Assembly (NCBI GenBank): GCA_027493375.1
Contig: JAPVWO010000059.1
Location: 6,507 to 70,506, forward strand
Direction of reading: 5' to 3'
DNA from: Candidatus Multivorans thiocomprendens
Lineage (GTDB): Bacteria; Acidobacteriota; Thermoanaerobaculia; Multivoradales; Multivoraceae
Length of the DNA stretch: 64,000 bases
In this document: positions 47,654 through 59,049 of the stretch, in pieces
How the letters are laid out: each line of letters starts with the position of its first letter
Position numbering within the stretch: the first letter of the stretch is position 1
The notes under the pieces: model-generated
Told to the model about the DNA's origin: nothing
The model's input: only the letters and a program-made list of their open reading frames with translations
Databases searched by the model: none
Program-made: the position numbers and the translations under genes

Positions 47654-48570
47654 ATGAGCACGACCGCCCGAATCTTGATGCTCGGTATGGCAGCGACGCT
47701 GTTCGCGGGGGTTGCGGCGGGGCAGCCCTACCCGGACAGCTTGGGTGAAGAGCTCGGAGACTGGCCCCTCTGGAGGGCGGCGTTGAAGTCCCTCGAGCCT
47801 GACGGCTCCATCGAGTGGTCGTTGCCGGATTTCGGGGAGATCGACCCCGTAGCGGCGATCTGGGCGCGGGAACGAATCGACCAGTTCAGGGAGAAGTTCG
47901 GTTCCGCGGAGTCGCAGGGACTGGAGGAACTCAGCTACCCGCCGGAGTCGTACTGCTATGTCCCTGACTACGAGACAGTTGTCGGGACGTATCCGGATCC
48001 GGGGGTCGCTTCTCTGGACGGGATCCTTCTGTTGTCTGAAGTGGCGGTCACGGCGACGGTGTCCGAGATCATCCCTGGGTTTCCGCCGCTCCGGGCCCGA
48101 TGGTGCTATTGGCGCTGTCGGACGGCATCCCACTCACTGAGCGGTCGCCGGTTCCAGACTACGTCCTCTTGCCTCTACGCAGAATGGTGATCGGGGGCAT
48201 CCCCTTTTGTCACAATCGCTTCCGGGGGGCCGACTACGAGCCGGAGCTTGGCGACCGGGTTGTCGTGATCGGGTCTTGGCGGAACGGTATCGTTCCGCTC
48301 GGAAGACTGGCTTTCCGTGACGGTCCGAGGAAGGGGACCGGCACCATCGGTGAACTGACGGCCTACATGGGTCGGCTGGAATCCCGCGGCCTTCTTGAGG
48401 CCACGGCACATGTGGCCCGGCAGTTCGGGGGTTCCGAGGAGCGTCTCAAGCTCGAGCGGGCGTTCCGATCGTTGGAGCCGGCCCGTGCGGATTGTCCCAT
48501 CGACGGCCTTTCCGTCTCCTCCGAAGGCGTTTGGAAGCTCAGCCTCGACTGTTCCGAAGCAGAGCGTTGA
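47654..48570 (+). pseudogene. Secreted hypothetical protein A1 (frameshift near 48090)
   Basis: Signal peptide MSTTARILMLGMAATLFAGVAAGQ; protein-like sequence continues in ORF 48100-48570. Confidence 0.65.
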
Positions 48571-49779
48571 GCCGGTACAGGCCGCGGCGGCACTCGCCGT
48601 GCTGGCCGCTCTCCTGATGCCCCCTCTGCTGGAAGCGCAGACCGGCTGCACCCATGCGTCGCTGACGCAGACGAAGGCCTGGTCTCCGACGCCGAACCGG
48701 ATCGCCATCGACATATCGACCAGTGACACGAGCCTGCCGGGTCCGCGACCGAAGAACATCCGCGACGCGGTGAACGACTGGACCTCCACGACAGCGTGCG
48801 CGGGTTCTTTGCCGGAGATGACGGCGTGGGACAAGAGCATGCGCCCTCTCAGGGGCGACGTCGAGAGGTGGGTCGTCAAGGTCGGCACGTACGAGAGGCT
48901 TGATCAAGAGGAAAGTTCCACGGTCCATCGAGCAGCAAAGGAAGATGACATTTGCGCGAGTGTTCTTCACAGCACGAAGAGGATCTACATCTACACGAAC
49001 GCCGAGCCGCCGGCTGGCCGGTCTTGCAGCTCCTACCGTGGGCGTCTCGCGCACGAGATAGGCCACTTGCGCCGGACCTGCCCGGGGCGCCGATGCTGGC
49101 CGGCCGGGTCAACGTCACGAATCACATTCTGACGTGGACGGCGCCGAGCAGCGGCATCACTCGCTACCAGTTGCAGTCGAAGGACCCGGCCCGCGGCGGC
49201 TGGCACTTTCCGTCGGGCGGCTCGGCGACGCCGTCCAGTCTGAGCGCCACGACGCTGACCTGGAGCATCGTGACGCCGGCTTCGCTGGTTCGGCACTACC
49301 GTGTGCGGGCGACCGACGACGACGGCGACGGTCCCTGGTCGGGCGTTGTCGCGCTGACGTCCGCCGGTCCGCCGGCGCGGGTGTCCACTACCGGCGGCGT
49401 GTCGAACCGGACCCAGACGGTGCGGTGGTCGGCGCCCCGGTCCGATAGTGCGATCACGAAGTACCAGTTGCAGACCAGGAGCGGCGCCACGAGTTCCTGG
49501 AGATGGCCGGGCTCGGGCTCGCCGACGGCGTCGAACATTCCTTCGACGGTGAGGTCGTGGAGCGTCACGACCGCGGCGGGAGCGACCCGGCACTACCGTG
49601 TCCGCGCGGTCAGTGCGCTCGGCGACGGGGCCTGGTCTTCCCATGTCGCGCTCACCTCCGCCTCGCCGCCACCGCCGCCGCCGCCGCCGCTGTCGGCGCC
49701 GGACATCCCGAACTTCAGCAACCTTCCGTCGGGAGGAAGGGTGAACACGCCCTTCCCGGCCGCGACGGGAGGCAGGCCT
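48567..49779 (+). pseudogene. Secreted metzincin-like protease B1 with two FN3 domains; internal deletion and frameshifts
   Basis: Signal peptide ..LAALLMPPLLEAQ; LAHEIGHL cut at 49070 and joined out of frame to FN3 repeats (LTWTAP..ITRYQLQ..YRVRA..GPWS); ends at PAATGGRP. Confidence 0.7.
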
Positions 49780-49869
49780 CTTCCGACTCAGGTCAGATCT
49801 CACCTGCACGAAGACGAGTCCTTCGCTTCGGGCGCAGTTCATCGCACACGCTCCGCTCAAGGGAGAACG

Positions 49870-50130
49870 ATGTCAGGTCGAGACGATGGCGATTGTGGGC
49901 TGAGCAGGAGCACGCGCATCCTGATGCTCGGTATGGCGGCGACGCTGCTGGCGGGGTCAGTAGTGGAAGCTCAGATCTGACTGTCCAGACGCCTAAGGGG
50001 CTGTGGCTGACGAGCCGGTCTCGGGCTCGAAGAACTGGTTGCTGAAACTGTCGAGAACAACCTCCGGGAGATGGCGCTTGAGTATCGCTTGCAGCGGGAC
50101 CACTCGGACGAACGATCAAGGTTCGGCTAT
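49870..50130 (+). pseudogene. Collapsed paralog A2 of secreted protein A1
   Basis: SRSTRILMLGMAATLLAG matches the A1 N-terminus; LSRTTSGRWRLSIACS matches the A1 C-terminus LSVSSEGVWKLSLDCS; the middle is missing. Confidence 0.6.
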
Positions 50131-50236
50131 GACGTCGCGACGCAGAGAGATACCGACGGTTGCGCTCGGCTGCGAGCCACGAACGTAGCAGGTGCGTGGG
50201 TACTGACGCTAGCTGCGAAGAACTACCAGCTCGCTG

Positions 50237-52539
50237 ATGCATAGGCCACTGGCCGTTGCGGCCGCCACGTTCTGCTTGCGGCGGGAGCGGCGGCCCAGGA
50301 ATCGACTTGCACGGTTGGAAGTCTGACCGCGCTCACGGAAGCCTTCGGGAACACTCCGAAGAGCATCGCCTTTGACGTCACGACGGACACGACCGGCGTC
50401 AACATTCAAGAGGCCAACGAGGCACTCGGGGACTGGAAGAACTGCGCCGATGACTCGTCCAGGCGTATGCCGACACTGAACCTGAGTGACGGGTCGAGCA
50501 AGATCTATGGAACCGACCCGCCGCAGAGCCTGCCCGAAGGCACCGAAGTCTGGGTTTGGAGGTACGGCCGGAAGGCTGAAGCCGGGCTTACCCCGACAGA
50601 CGACGAGTGAACTCCTGCGGGATGACCAAGTTCTCCAAGAGCCAGAACCTCCGAGAAGTCTGGGTCTTCAGTGATGCTGGAGCGTTCTGCCGAGCCAACG
50701 AAACGAGGCGCCACGAGATGGGGCACCCGCTTCGATTGGGCAATACCACTTCGGCGGCCTGCCGAGATATCAAGTCGATCATGTATGTGGGCGACGAGAG
50801 GAGGCTTCCACGAGGGTGGGCCGTTCAGGGCGCTGACTGCGACTCTGCCGAGAGGGAGTTCGAGATCGACAACCCCCTGGATTGCGATGGCGATGACTCG
50901 GACCACCCAGACTGCCAGGACGACTGTACCGGCGACGGAGAGGAGTCGGGCAGCAGTTCGATCTTCGATGTGGACGAGAACGGCATGCTGGTGTTCGTCG
51001 GCAACCGGTCGAGCACCTCGAGTACCTGCCCGGCACCCGCAAACCCATGTGAGGAGAACCCGGACCTGCCGACGTGCGGCGACGCTTGCGACCTCGACCC
51101 GGACCTTCCGCAGTGCCAGCCGGACTGCGAGGCGAAACCGAGCGCCGAGGGGTGTCCCGTGGACTGCTCGCGTCAGCCGAGCCATCCGGACTGCGACTGC
51201 TCGGTGAACCCGGACATTCCTTGTCCGATCGTGGAGACCTGCGACGGCCTCTGGAACGACCTGAACGGCAACGGGCGGATCGACGATGGCGAGGTGCATC
51301 CCGAACGCGTACTCACCGATCCCCGACGGAGGGGGCAGGCGAACCGGCCGGGTCAGTTTGTCGATGACGAGTTCCAGCGGCGCCGCGTACTGGCTGACGC
51401 TGGCGAAGCGTTCAAGCGTGACGGTGACGCTGAGCGCGCTGAGCCGGGACTTCGATTGTCACGTGGTTCCGGCCGGTGGAACGGTCCGGCCCGGTACTCC
51501 GCCTCCCGACGCCGCCGAGGATGGCGCGGCGAAACCCGAGTCGGCGCCATCTGTGTTCCCGTGCTCGGCCAACGCGGGGACTCGGGGCGATTCGTGGACC
51601 GGCGTCCTGGACGCCGGGACTCACGCGATCCAGGTCTGGCCTTTCGGGAGCGGCGCGGGCGACTTCACGGTGACCGTCTCGCTCACGGAGCTTGAGGACG
51701 GCGCTACGCCCGCCGGCCCCGCGGCGCCCGCGGACCCCGTTCGGACGTTGCCGTTCACGGACTCCGGAACGGTGGCGGCCGGCGCGGGAGAGCAGTCGTA
51801 CACGTTCAAGATCCCGTCGGCCGGCGCGGTGAAGGCGGCGCTCACGAACCTGACGACTGACATCGACTGCTTCGTGACGGTCGGCGCGATCAAGAAGCGA
51901 TGCACGAACCACGCCTCCACCAGGGACGATTCGTGGAGTGGAAGTCTGGACGCGGGCGTTTACTCGCTCCAGGTCTACGCCTGGCGGAAGGACGCCGGCT
52001 CGTACACGGTGAGCGTCGATGGTCCGTCGATTGCGCCTCCCGCGCCTCCGGCAGCGCCGGCGCCTCCGAGGACGACCCCTGACCCTGATCCTGAACCGGA
52101 CCCGGATCCCGAGCCAGAATCTGAGCCGGAGCCGGACCTGCCCGGGGCGCCGACGCTGTCCGGCCGGGTCAACGTCACGAATCACATCCTGACCTGGGCG
52201 GCGCCGACCAGCGGCAGCGGCATCACTCGCTACCAGTTGCAGTCGAAGGACCCGCTCCGCGGCGGCTGGCACTTTCCGTCGGGCGGCTCGGGGACGTCTT
52301 CCAGTCTGAGCGCCACGACGCCGACCTGGAACATCGTGACGCCGGCTTCGCTGGTTCGGCACTACCGTGTGCGGGCGACCAACGACGACGGCGACGGTCC
52401 CTGGTCGGGCGTTGTCGCGCTCACCTCCGCCTCGCCGCCACCGCCGCCGCTGTCGGCGCCGGACATCCCGAACTTCAGCAACCTTCCGTCGGGAGGAAGG
52501 GTGAACACGCCCTTCCCGGCCGCGACGGGAGGCAGGCCT
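50237..52539 (+). pseudogene. Secreted metzincin-like protease B2: catalytic domain, Cys/Asp-rich region, two PPC-like domains, FN3, truncated Ig; about 3 frameshifts
   Basis: Signal peptide, HEMGHPLRL plus SIMY Met-turn, Cys-rich repeats, two DxDC...DSWxGxLDAG domains, (DP/EP)n linker, FN3. Confidence 0.7.
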
Positions 52540-52550
52540 GGGATGTCGGC

Positions 52551-53876
52551 GTGTGCCGCCAGGAGTTCGAGATCGAGGTGCCCGCTTCCGAGGTGGACGC
52601 GGAGTACCTCCGGGTCGCCAGGGACTACCGTCGACGCGCGCGCATCGACGGCTTCCGCAAGGGGAAGGCGCCGCTCGACCTGGTGCGCCAGCGGTTCGCG
52701 GGCGCGATCGGCGAGGACGTCTCGGAGCGTCTGGCGCCGAAGTACTGGCAACGGGCGAGCGAAGAGGACGGCGTGCATGCCATGCTGCCGCCGAGCGTGG
52801 CGCCGGTACAGGCCGCTCCGGGCCAGCCGTTTCGCTTTACCGTGACCGTCGACGTCGAGCCCGAGGTCGAGATCGGGAACAGTCGGAGCTTCGAGCTGCC
52901 CCAGCCCGAGACGGAACCCAGTGAGGCCGAGGTCGACGAACTCCTGGAGCAGGTACGGCTCCAGCGTTCGACCTGGGTGCCGGTCGAGCGGGCCGCGGCT
53001 CGCGGCGACCGGGTGCGGGGCAGGATCCACCGCTCCGCGATGCCCGGCTACGCTCCGGAAGCGGCCGCCGAAGACGATCAGGATCGTGACCAGGACGATC
53101 GGGGTCCGGCGACGCACGAGATCGATCTCGAACTCGGAGATGAGCGCGCATGGCCCGAGCTCACGGACAACCTGACCGGCCTGTCGGCGGGCCAGAGGGC
53201 GGACTTCGAGCGCACCGAGACGGACGAGGACGTCGAGCGGCAACGCGGCTACGAGATCGAGGTCGAGGAGGTTCTGGAGCGCAAGCTGCCGGACGTGGAC
53301 GACGCCTGGGCGAGCAGTCTCGCCGCCACGATCGAGACCGTCGACGATCTGCGCCGGCAACTCGGCGAGCAGGTGCGGGCGCAGAAGACCGAGCAGGCCG
53401 GCCAGCAGCGCACCGACGCGCTGCTCGACCAGTTGAGGGAGCGCTATCCGGTCACTCTGCCCGAGGCGGTCGTGGAGCGCGAGGCGCTCCAGATGGCCCG
53501 GTCCTACGCGAACAACCTGGCTCGCCAGGGGTTCGACCTCGAGCGCCAGCAGTTGCCCTGGGAGCAGTTGATGGAGGAGATCCGGCCGCAGGCGGAGAAG
53601 CGGGCGCATTCCTCGTTCCTGCTCGACCGGATCGCCCGCGACGACGGCGTCGAGGCAACGGCGCAGGACCTGGAGCGGGCGCTGGAGATCATGGCCCGGG
53701 CCCGCAACACGAACCGCGGCCGCCTGCGCCGCGAGCTCGAGCGGGACGGCGGCCTGGAGATGTTGAGAGTCGAACTCAGGCGGGATCGGACGGTGCAGGC
53801 TCTTCTGGCGGCCAACGCGCCGCCCGAGGAACCGCGCGCCCCGGCGGACGAGCCCGCCGCGGAAGGAGAGGACTAG
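52551..53876 (+). CDS. tig: Trigger factor (about 10 N-terminal residues missing at this start)
   Basis: IDGFRKGKAP ribosome-binding motif; directly upstream of clpP. Confidence 0.92.
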   Translation: MCRQEFEIEVPASEVDAEYLRVARDYRRRARIDGFRKGKAPLDLVRQRFAGAIGEDVSERLAPKYWQRASEEDGVHAMLPPSVAPVQAAPGQPFRFTVTVDVEPEVEIGNSRSFELPQPETEPSEAEVDELLEQVRLQRSTWVPVERAAARGDRVRGRIHRSAMPGYAPEAAAEDDQDRDQDDRGPATHEIDLELGDERAWPELTDNLTGLSAGQRADFERTETDEDVERQRGYEIEVEEVLERKLPDVDDAWASSLAATIETVDDLRRQLGEQVRAQKTEQAGQQRTDALLDQLRERYPVTLPEAVVEREALQMARSYANNLARQGFDLERQQLPWEQLMEEIRPQAEKRAHSSFLLDRIARDDGVEATAQDLERALEIMARARNTNRGRLRRELERDGGLEMLRVELRRDRTVQALLAANAPPEEPRAPADEPAAEGED

Positions 53877-53956
53877 AGCGATGCTGGTACCAATGGTGGC
53901 CGGGCAGCTGAACCTCGCGGAAGGAGACGGCTAGACAATGCTGGTACCCATGGTGG
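53858..53956 (+). repeat. Imperfect ~42-bp direct repeat of the tig-stop/clpP-start junction
   Basis: CGCGGAAGGAGAGGACTAGAGCGATGCTGGTACCAATGGTGG vs CGCGGAAGGAGACGGCTAGACAATGCTGGTACCCATGGTGG. Confidence 0.85.
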
Positions 53957-54528
53957 TCGAGCAGACCAATCGGGGCGAACGGGCCTATGACATCTACTCG
54001 CGGCTGCTCAAGGACAACATCGTGTTCCTGGGCCGGGCGATCGACGACGAAGTGGCGAACCTGGTCATCGCGCAGATGCTCTTCCTCGAGTCCGAGAACC
54101 CGGAGAAGGACATCTCGCTCTACATCAACTCGCCGGGAGGTTCGGTGACCGCCGGTTTCGCGATCTACGACACGATGCAGCACGTCAAGCCGGACGTCTC
54201 CACCCTCTGCGTCGGCCAGGCGGCGTCCTTCGCCGCGGTCCTGCTCGCGGGCGGCGCCAAGGAGAAGCGGATGGTGCTGCCCAACGCCCGCGTGCTGATT
54301 CACCAGCCCTGGGTGCAGAGCCTGGGCGGCCAGCAGACGGACATCGACATCCACGCTCAGGACCTGCTGCGGATGCGCGGCCGAATCGACGAACTGCTGG
54401 CGTTGCACACCGGAAAGTCGACGAAAGAGGTGCACGCCGACACCGAGCGGGACAAGATCCTCACCGCCGAAATGGCGGTCGAGTACGGGCTTGCGGACCG
54501 CGTCGTCGAGCGCCGCGGAGCCTCCTAG
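53938..54528 (+). CDS. clpP: ATP-dependent Clp protease proteolytic subunit
   Basis: [30 protein letters not shown]. Confidence 0.97.
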   Translation: MLVPMVVEQTNRGERAYDIYSRLLKDNIVFLGRAIDDEVANLVIAQMLFLESENPEKDISLYINSPGGSVTAGFAIYDTMQHVKPDVSTLCVGQAASFAAVLLAGGAKEKRMVLPNARVLIHQPWVQSLGGQQTDIDIHAQDLLRMRGRIDELLALHTGKSTKEVHADTERDKILTAEMAVEYGLADRVVERRGAS

Positions 54529-54660
54529 CGGAGTCCAGACGGAGCTTCGGCGGCGGGCTCCGGAGTCCTGGCCGTGCTAGCATCCGACTTTGCGCACGGC
54601 CTCTGGAGTGCGTGCGAACGGGCCGAACGAGACGCGAGAAACGAGCCGGAACGACCAATC

Positions 54661-55896
<1,236 letters not shown>

Positions 55897-55898
55897 CG

Positions 55899-58367
55899 AT
55901 GGCCTCGGGATACGTTTCGACCTCGAGCGACCGGCTGCCCGTCGTGCCGCTGCGGGACATGGTGGTCTTCCCGCAGATGATGGCGCCGTTCATCGTCGGC
56001 CGCCGCGGTTCCGTGCTGGCGCTGGAACAGACGCTGCGCACGGCCGGCAAGCTGATCTTCCTGGTCGCCCAGCGGGATCCGAAGGTCGACGACCCGGGGA
56101 TCGACGACATCCACCGGATCGGCGTCGTCGCCCGGGTGGTGCAGAACGTCAAGCTGCCGAACGGCAACGTGAAGGTGATGGTCGAGGGACTGCGACGGGC
56201 CGAGTTGCGGACGCTCGAGGAGATCGACGGCGCCTTCGAAGCGGAGGTCGAGGTCTACGAGATCGACTACCCGGCCGACGACAAGGTCCAGGTCTACATG
56301 AGCCGCCTGCTCAACAGCTTCGAGCAGTACGCGAAGATGTCTCACCATCTGGCCTTCGAGAGCCTGATGTCGACGCTGAAGCTCGACGATCCCGACCGCT
56401 TCGCCGACGCCCTGGCCGCTCACCTGACCGTGTCGACGGCCGAGAAGCAGACGCTGCTCGAGACCCTGAATCCGTACGAACGCCTGCAGGCCGTGCACGA
56501 CCTGCTCGATGTCGAGGTCGAGAAGATCAACATCGACAAGCGGATCAACGTGCAGGTCAAGAAGCAGATGGAGAAGGCTCAGAAGGAGTACTACCTCAAC
56601 GAGAAGATCAAGGCGATTCACCACGAGCTCGGGCGCAAGGACGAGCGCGGCGACGAGATCGCCGAGCTGAAGGAGAAGATCGAGAAGTCGGGCGCCCCGA
56701 AGCTGGTACGCGAGAAGGCGGAGCAGGAGTTGCGGCGGCTGGAGGCGATGCCGCCGGTGTCGGCCGAGGCGACCGTGTCGCGGAACTACGTCGACTGGCT
56801 GGTGTCGGTGCCGTGGAAGAAGCGCAGCCGCGAGCTGAAGGACCTGAAGAAGGCGGCGCGGATCCTGGACGAGGGGCACTACGGTCTGGAGAAGGTCAAG
56901 GAGCGAGTACTCGAGTTCCTGGCCGTCCGCCAGCTCACCCACAAGAACCAGAACTCGATCATCTGCTTCGTCGGTCCTCCGGGCGTCGGAAAGTCCTCGC
57001 TGGCCAAGTCGATCGCCGCCGCCACCGGCCGCAAGTTCGTGCGCCTGTCTCTCGGCGGCGTTCGCGACGAGGCCGAGATCCGCGGACACCGGCGCACCTA
57101 CATCGGCGCGTTTCCCGGCCAGATCATCCAGATGATGAAGCGCGCGGGCACGGTCAACCCGGTCTTCCTCCTAGACGAGGTCGACAAGATGTCGATGGAC
57201 TTCCGCGGCGACCCGTCGTCCGCGCTGCTCGAGGTGCTCGATCCGGAGCAGAACGACACCTTCGTCGATCACTACTTGGACATCGAGTACGACCTCTCCA
57301 AGGTCATGTTCATCGCCACCGCGAACGTCGAGCACCCGATTCCGCCGGCGCTCAAGGACCGGATGGAGATCATCCAGCTCGCCGGGTACACGCCGAACGA
57401 GAAACTGGAGATCGCGCGCCAGTTCCTCGTGCCGAGGCAACTGGACAGCCACGGTCTGACCGAGGACGCGATCCGCTTCGGCGAAGACAGCCTCGGTCAC
57501 CTGATGGACTCCTACACGCGCGAGGCGGGCGTCCGCAACCTCGAGCGCGAGATCGCGGCGGTCTGCCGCAAGCTGGCCCGCCGGCTGGTCGAAGAGGGCC
57601 GCGCGAAGAAGCTGAAGGCCCTTGCGAAGGCCAAGGGCGGTGCGAAGGCCGAGAGTGGCGAGAGTGCGATCGCGGTCGACCGGGAACTCGTCGGCGAGCT
57701 CCTCGGCAAGCCGAAGTTCCGGCCCTACAAGAAGCTCGACGAGTCCGAGGTCGGCGTCGCCACCGGTCTGGCCTGGACCCAGGCGGGCGGCGAGCTGTTG
57801 CAGAGCGAAGTCGGCCTGATGAAGGGCAGCGGCAAACTGATCCTCACCGGCAAGCTGGGCGACGTGATGAAGGAGTCGGCGCGAGCGGCGATGTCCTACC
57901 TGCGCAGCCGCGCCGACGGATTCGGCCTGGAGCCCGGCTTCCATGCCGACCAGGACCTCCACATTCACGTGCCCGAGGGCGCCATCCCCAAGGACGGGCC
58001 GTCCGCGGGCATCACGATGGCGTCGGCGCTCATCTCTTCCCTTCTGCGGGTACCGGTGCGCGGCGACGTGGCGATGACCGGCGAGATCACGCTGCGCGGG
58101 AAGGTGCTGCCCGTGGGCGGTATCAAGGACAAGGTGCTGGCCGCCTACCGCGCGGGGATCTTCGAGATCCTGCTGCCGAAGGAGAACGACAAGGACCTGG
58201 AAGAGGTGCCTGAGGAAGTCCGCGACAAGATGAAGTTCCACCTCGTGGAGTCGATGGACGAGGTCCTGGAGATCGTCTTCGACGGAGTCGTGCAGAGGGC
58301 GCCGGAGGTCGCGGCGGAGTTCCAGAAGCCCGCCTCCGAGGCGCCGCCCGCGAACGTGGCTCACTGA
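55899..58367 (+). CDS. lon: Lon protease
   Basis: [35 protein letters not shown]. Confidence 0.97.
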   Translation: MASGYVSTSSDRLPVVPLRDMVVFPQMMAPFIVGRRGSVLALEQTLRTAGKLIFLVAQRDPKVDDPGIDDIHRIGVVARVVQNVKLPNGNVKVMVEGLRRAELRTLEEIDGAFEAEVEVYEIDYPADDKVQVYMSRLLNSFEQYAKMSHHLAFESLMSTLKLDDPDRFADALAAHLTVSTAEKQTLLETLNPYERLQAVHDLLDVEVEKINIDKRINVQVKKQMEKAQKEYYLNEKIKAIHHELGRKDERGDEIAELKEKIEKSGAPKLVREKAEQELRRLEAMPPVSAEATVSRNYVDWLVSVPWKKRSRELKDLKKAARILDEGHYGLEKVKERVLEFLAVRQLTHKNQNSIICFVGPPGVGKSSLAKSIAAATGRKFVRLSLGGVRDEAEIRGHRRTYIGAFPGQIIQMMKRAGTVNPVFLLDEVDKMSMDFRGDPSSALLEVLDPEQNDTFVDHYLDIEYDLSKVMFIATANVEHPIPPALKDRMEIIQLAGYTPNEKLEIARQFLVPRQLDSHGLTEDAIRFGEDSLGHLMDSYTREAGVRNLEREIAAVCRKLARRLVEEGRAKKLKALAKAKGGAKAESGESAIAVDRELVGELLGKPKFRPYKKLDESEVGVATGLAWTQAGGELLQSEVGLMKGSGKLILTGKLGDVMKESARAAMSYLRSRADGFGLEPGFHADQDLHIHVPEGAIPKDGPSAGITMASALISSLLRVPVRGDVAMTGEITLRGKVLPVGGIKDKVLAAYRAGIFEILLPKENDKDLEEVPEEVRDKMKFHLVESMDEVLEIVFDGVVQRAPEVAAEFQKPASEAPPANVAH

Positions 58368-58390
58368 AACCGCGAACGTGGCCCACTGAA
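58348..58390 (+). repeat. 21-bp tandem duplication of the lon 3' end
   Basis: CCGCGAACGTGGCTCACTGAA / CCGCGAACGTGGCCCACTGAA. Confidence 0.85.
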
Positions 58391-58419
58391 GAGGCCCACT
58401 CAGGAGGTCGAGCGGGACC

Positions 58420-58998
58420 TTGAAGGTCCGTGACGCCCGCTTCGTGGTTTCCGCCGTTCGGGCGGCCGATCTGCCAAGGGACGGCCGGCGGCAGATCGCC
58501 TTCGCCGGTCGCTCGAACGTTGGCAAGTCGAGCCTGATCAACCGGCTGCTGGGCCGCAAGGACCTTGCCCGCACGAGTTCCAGGCCGGGGCGGACCCGGA
58601 GCGTCAACTTCTTCCTGATCGACGACTCCTGGTACGTCGTGGACCTGCCCGGTTACGGCTATGCGCGGGTTTCGAAGAGCGAACGGGAGGCCTGGGGTCG
58701 GAGCGTCGACCGGTACTTCCGTTCGGCTGCCGGACGGGTCCGCGTCGTGCTGCTCGTCGATGGTAAGGTCGCGGGCACGCCGCTCGACTCCGAAGCATAC
58801 GGTTACCTCAAGAGTCTGGGACTCGAACCCGTCGTGGTGGTGACCAAGATCGACCGCGTGAAACGGGGGGCTCGAGCCGGGACCCTTGCCAAGGTTGCAG
58901 AGCTGCTGGGAATGCCGTCCGCGGCTGAGCTGTTTCCCGTGTCGTCTCGAACCGGCGAAGGAGTCTCGCGGCTGTTTGCGGAGTTGCTCGGCCCTTGA
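58420..58998 (+). CDS. yihA: Ribosome biogenesis GTPase YihA/YsxC (EngB)
   Basis: GRSNVGKSSLIN, PGRT, DLPGYGYA, TKID. Confidence 0.95.
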   Translation: MKVRDARFVVSAVRAADLPRDGRRQIAFAGRSNVGKSSLINRLLGRKDLARTSSRPGRTRSVNFFLIDDSWYVVDLPGYGYARVSKSEREAWGRSVDRYFRSAAGRVRVVLLVDGKVAGTPLDSEAYGYLKSLGLEPVVVVTKIDRVKRGARAGTLAKVAELLGMPSAAELFPVSSRTGEGVSRLFAELLGP

Positions 58999-59049
58999 CG
59001 CTCGGATCTCGAATACCGGGGGCGCGTCTCTCGGCGAGGATGAAGAAAG

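Larger units (their letters stand above)
47516..52539 (+). mobile_element. Insertion of two head-to-tail cassettes (47516-49779 and 49780-52539) with no recombinase gene
   Basis: Both units start CTTCCGACTC(G/A)G(A/G)TCAGAT and end ...GCGACGGGAGGCAGGCCT; GG flanks both outer junctions. Confidence 0.65.
49071..52539 (+). repeat. Near-identical FN3/Ig-start block present twice (49071-49779 with an extra FN3; 52131-52539)
   Basis: Both copies begin GCCGGACCTGCCCGGGGCGCCGA and end GGAGGCAGGCCT; the polyproline tract length differs. Confidence 0.92.

Noticed and set aside
49071..52539. Diversity-generating retroelement TR/VR pair
   Set aside because: Differences between copies are not adenine-specific and no reverse transcriptase is in the window.
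47270..52550. Classical tRNA-targeted genomic island at tRNA-Leu
   Set aside because: No duplicated tRNA 3' end at the far side and no integrase; the junctions map inside tig instead.
54540..54562. GC hairpin after clpP as an intrinsic terminator
   Set aside because: No U-tract, and it lies inside a probable clpP-clpX operon.
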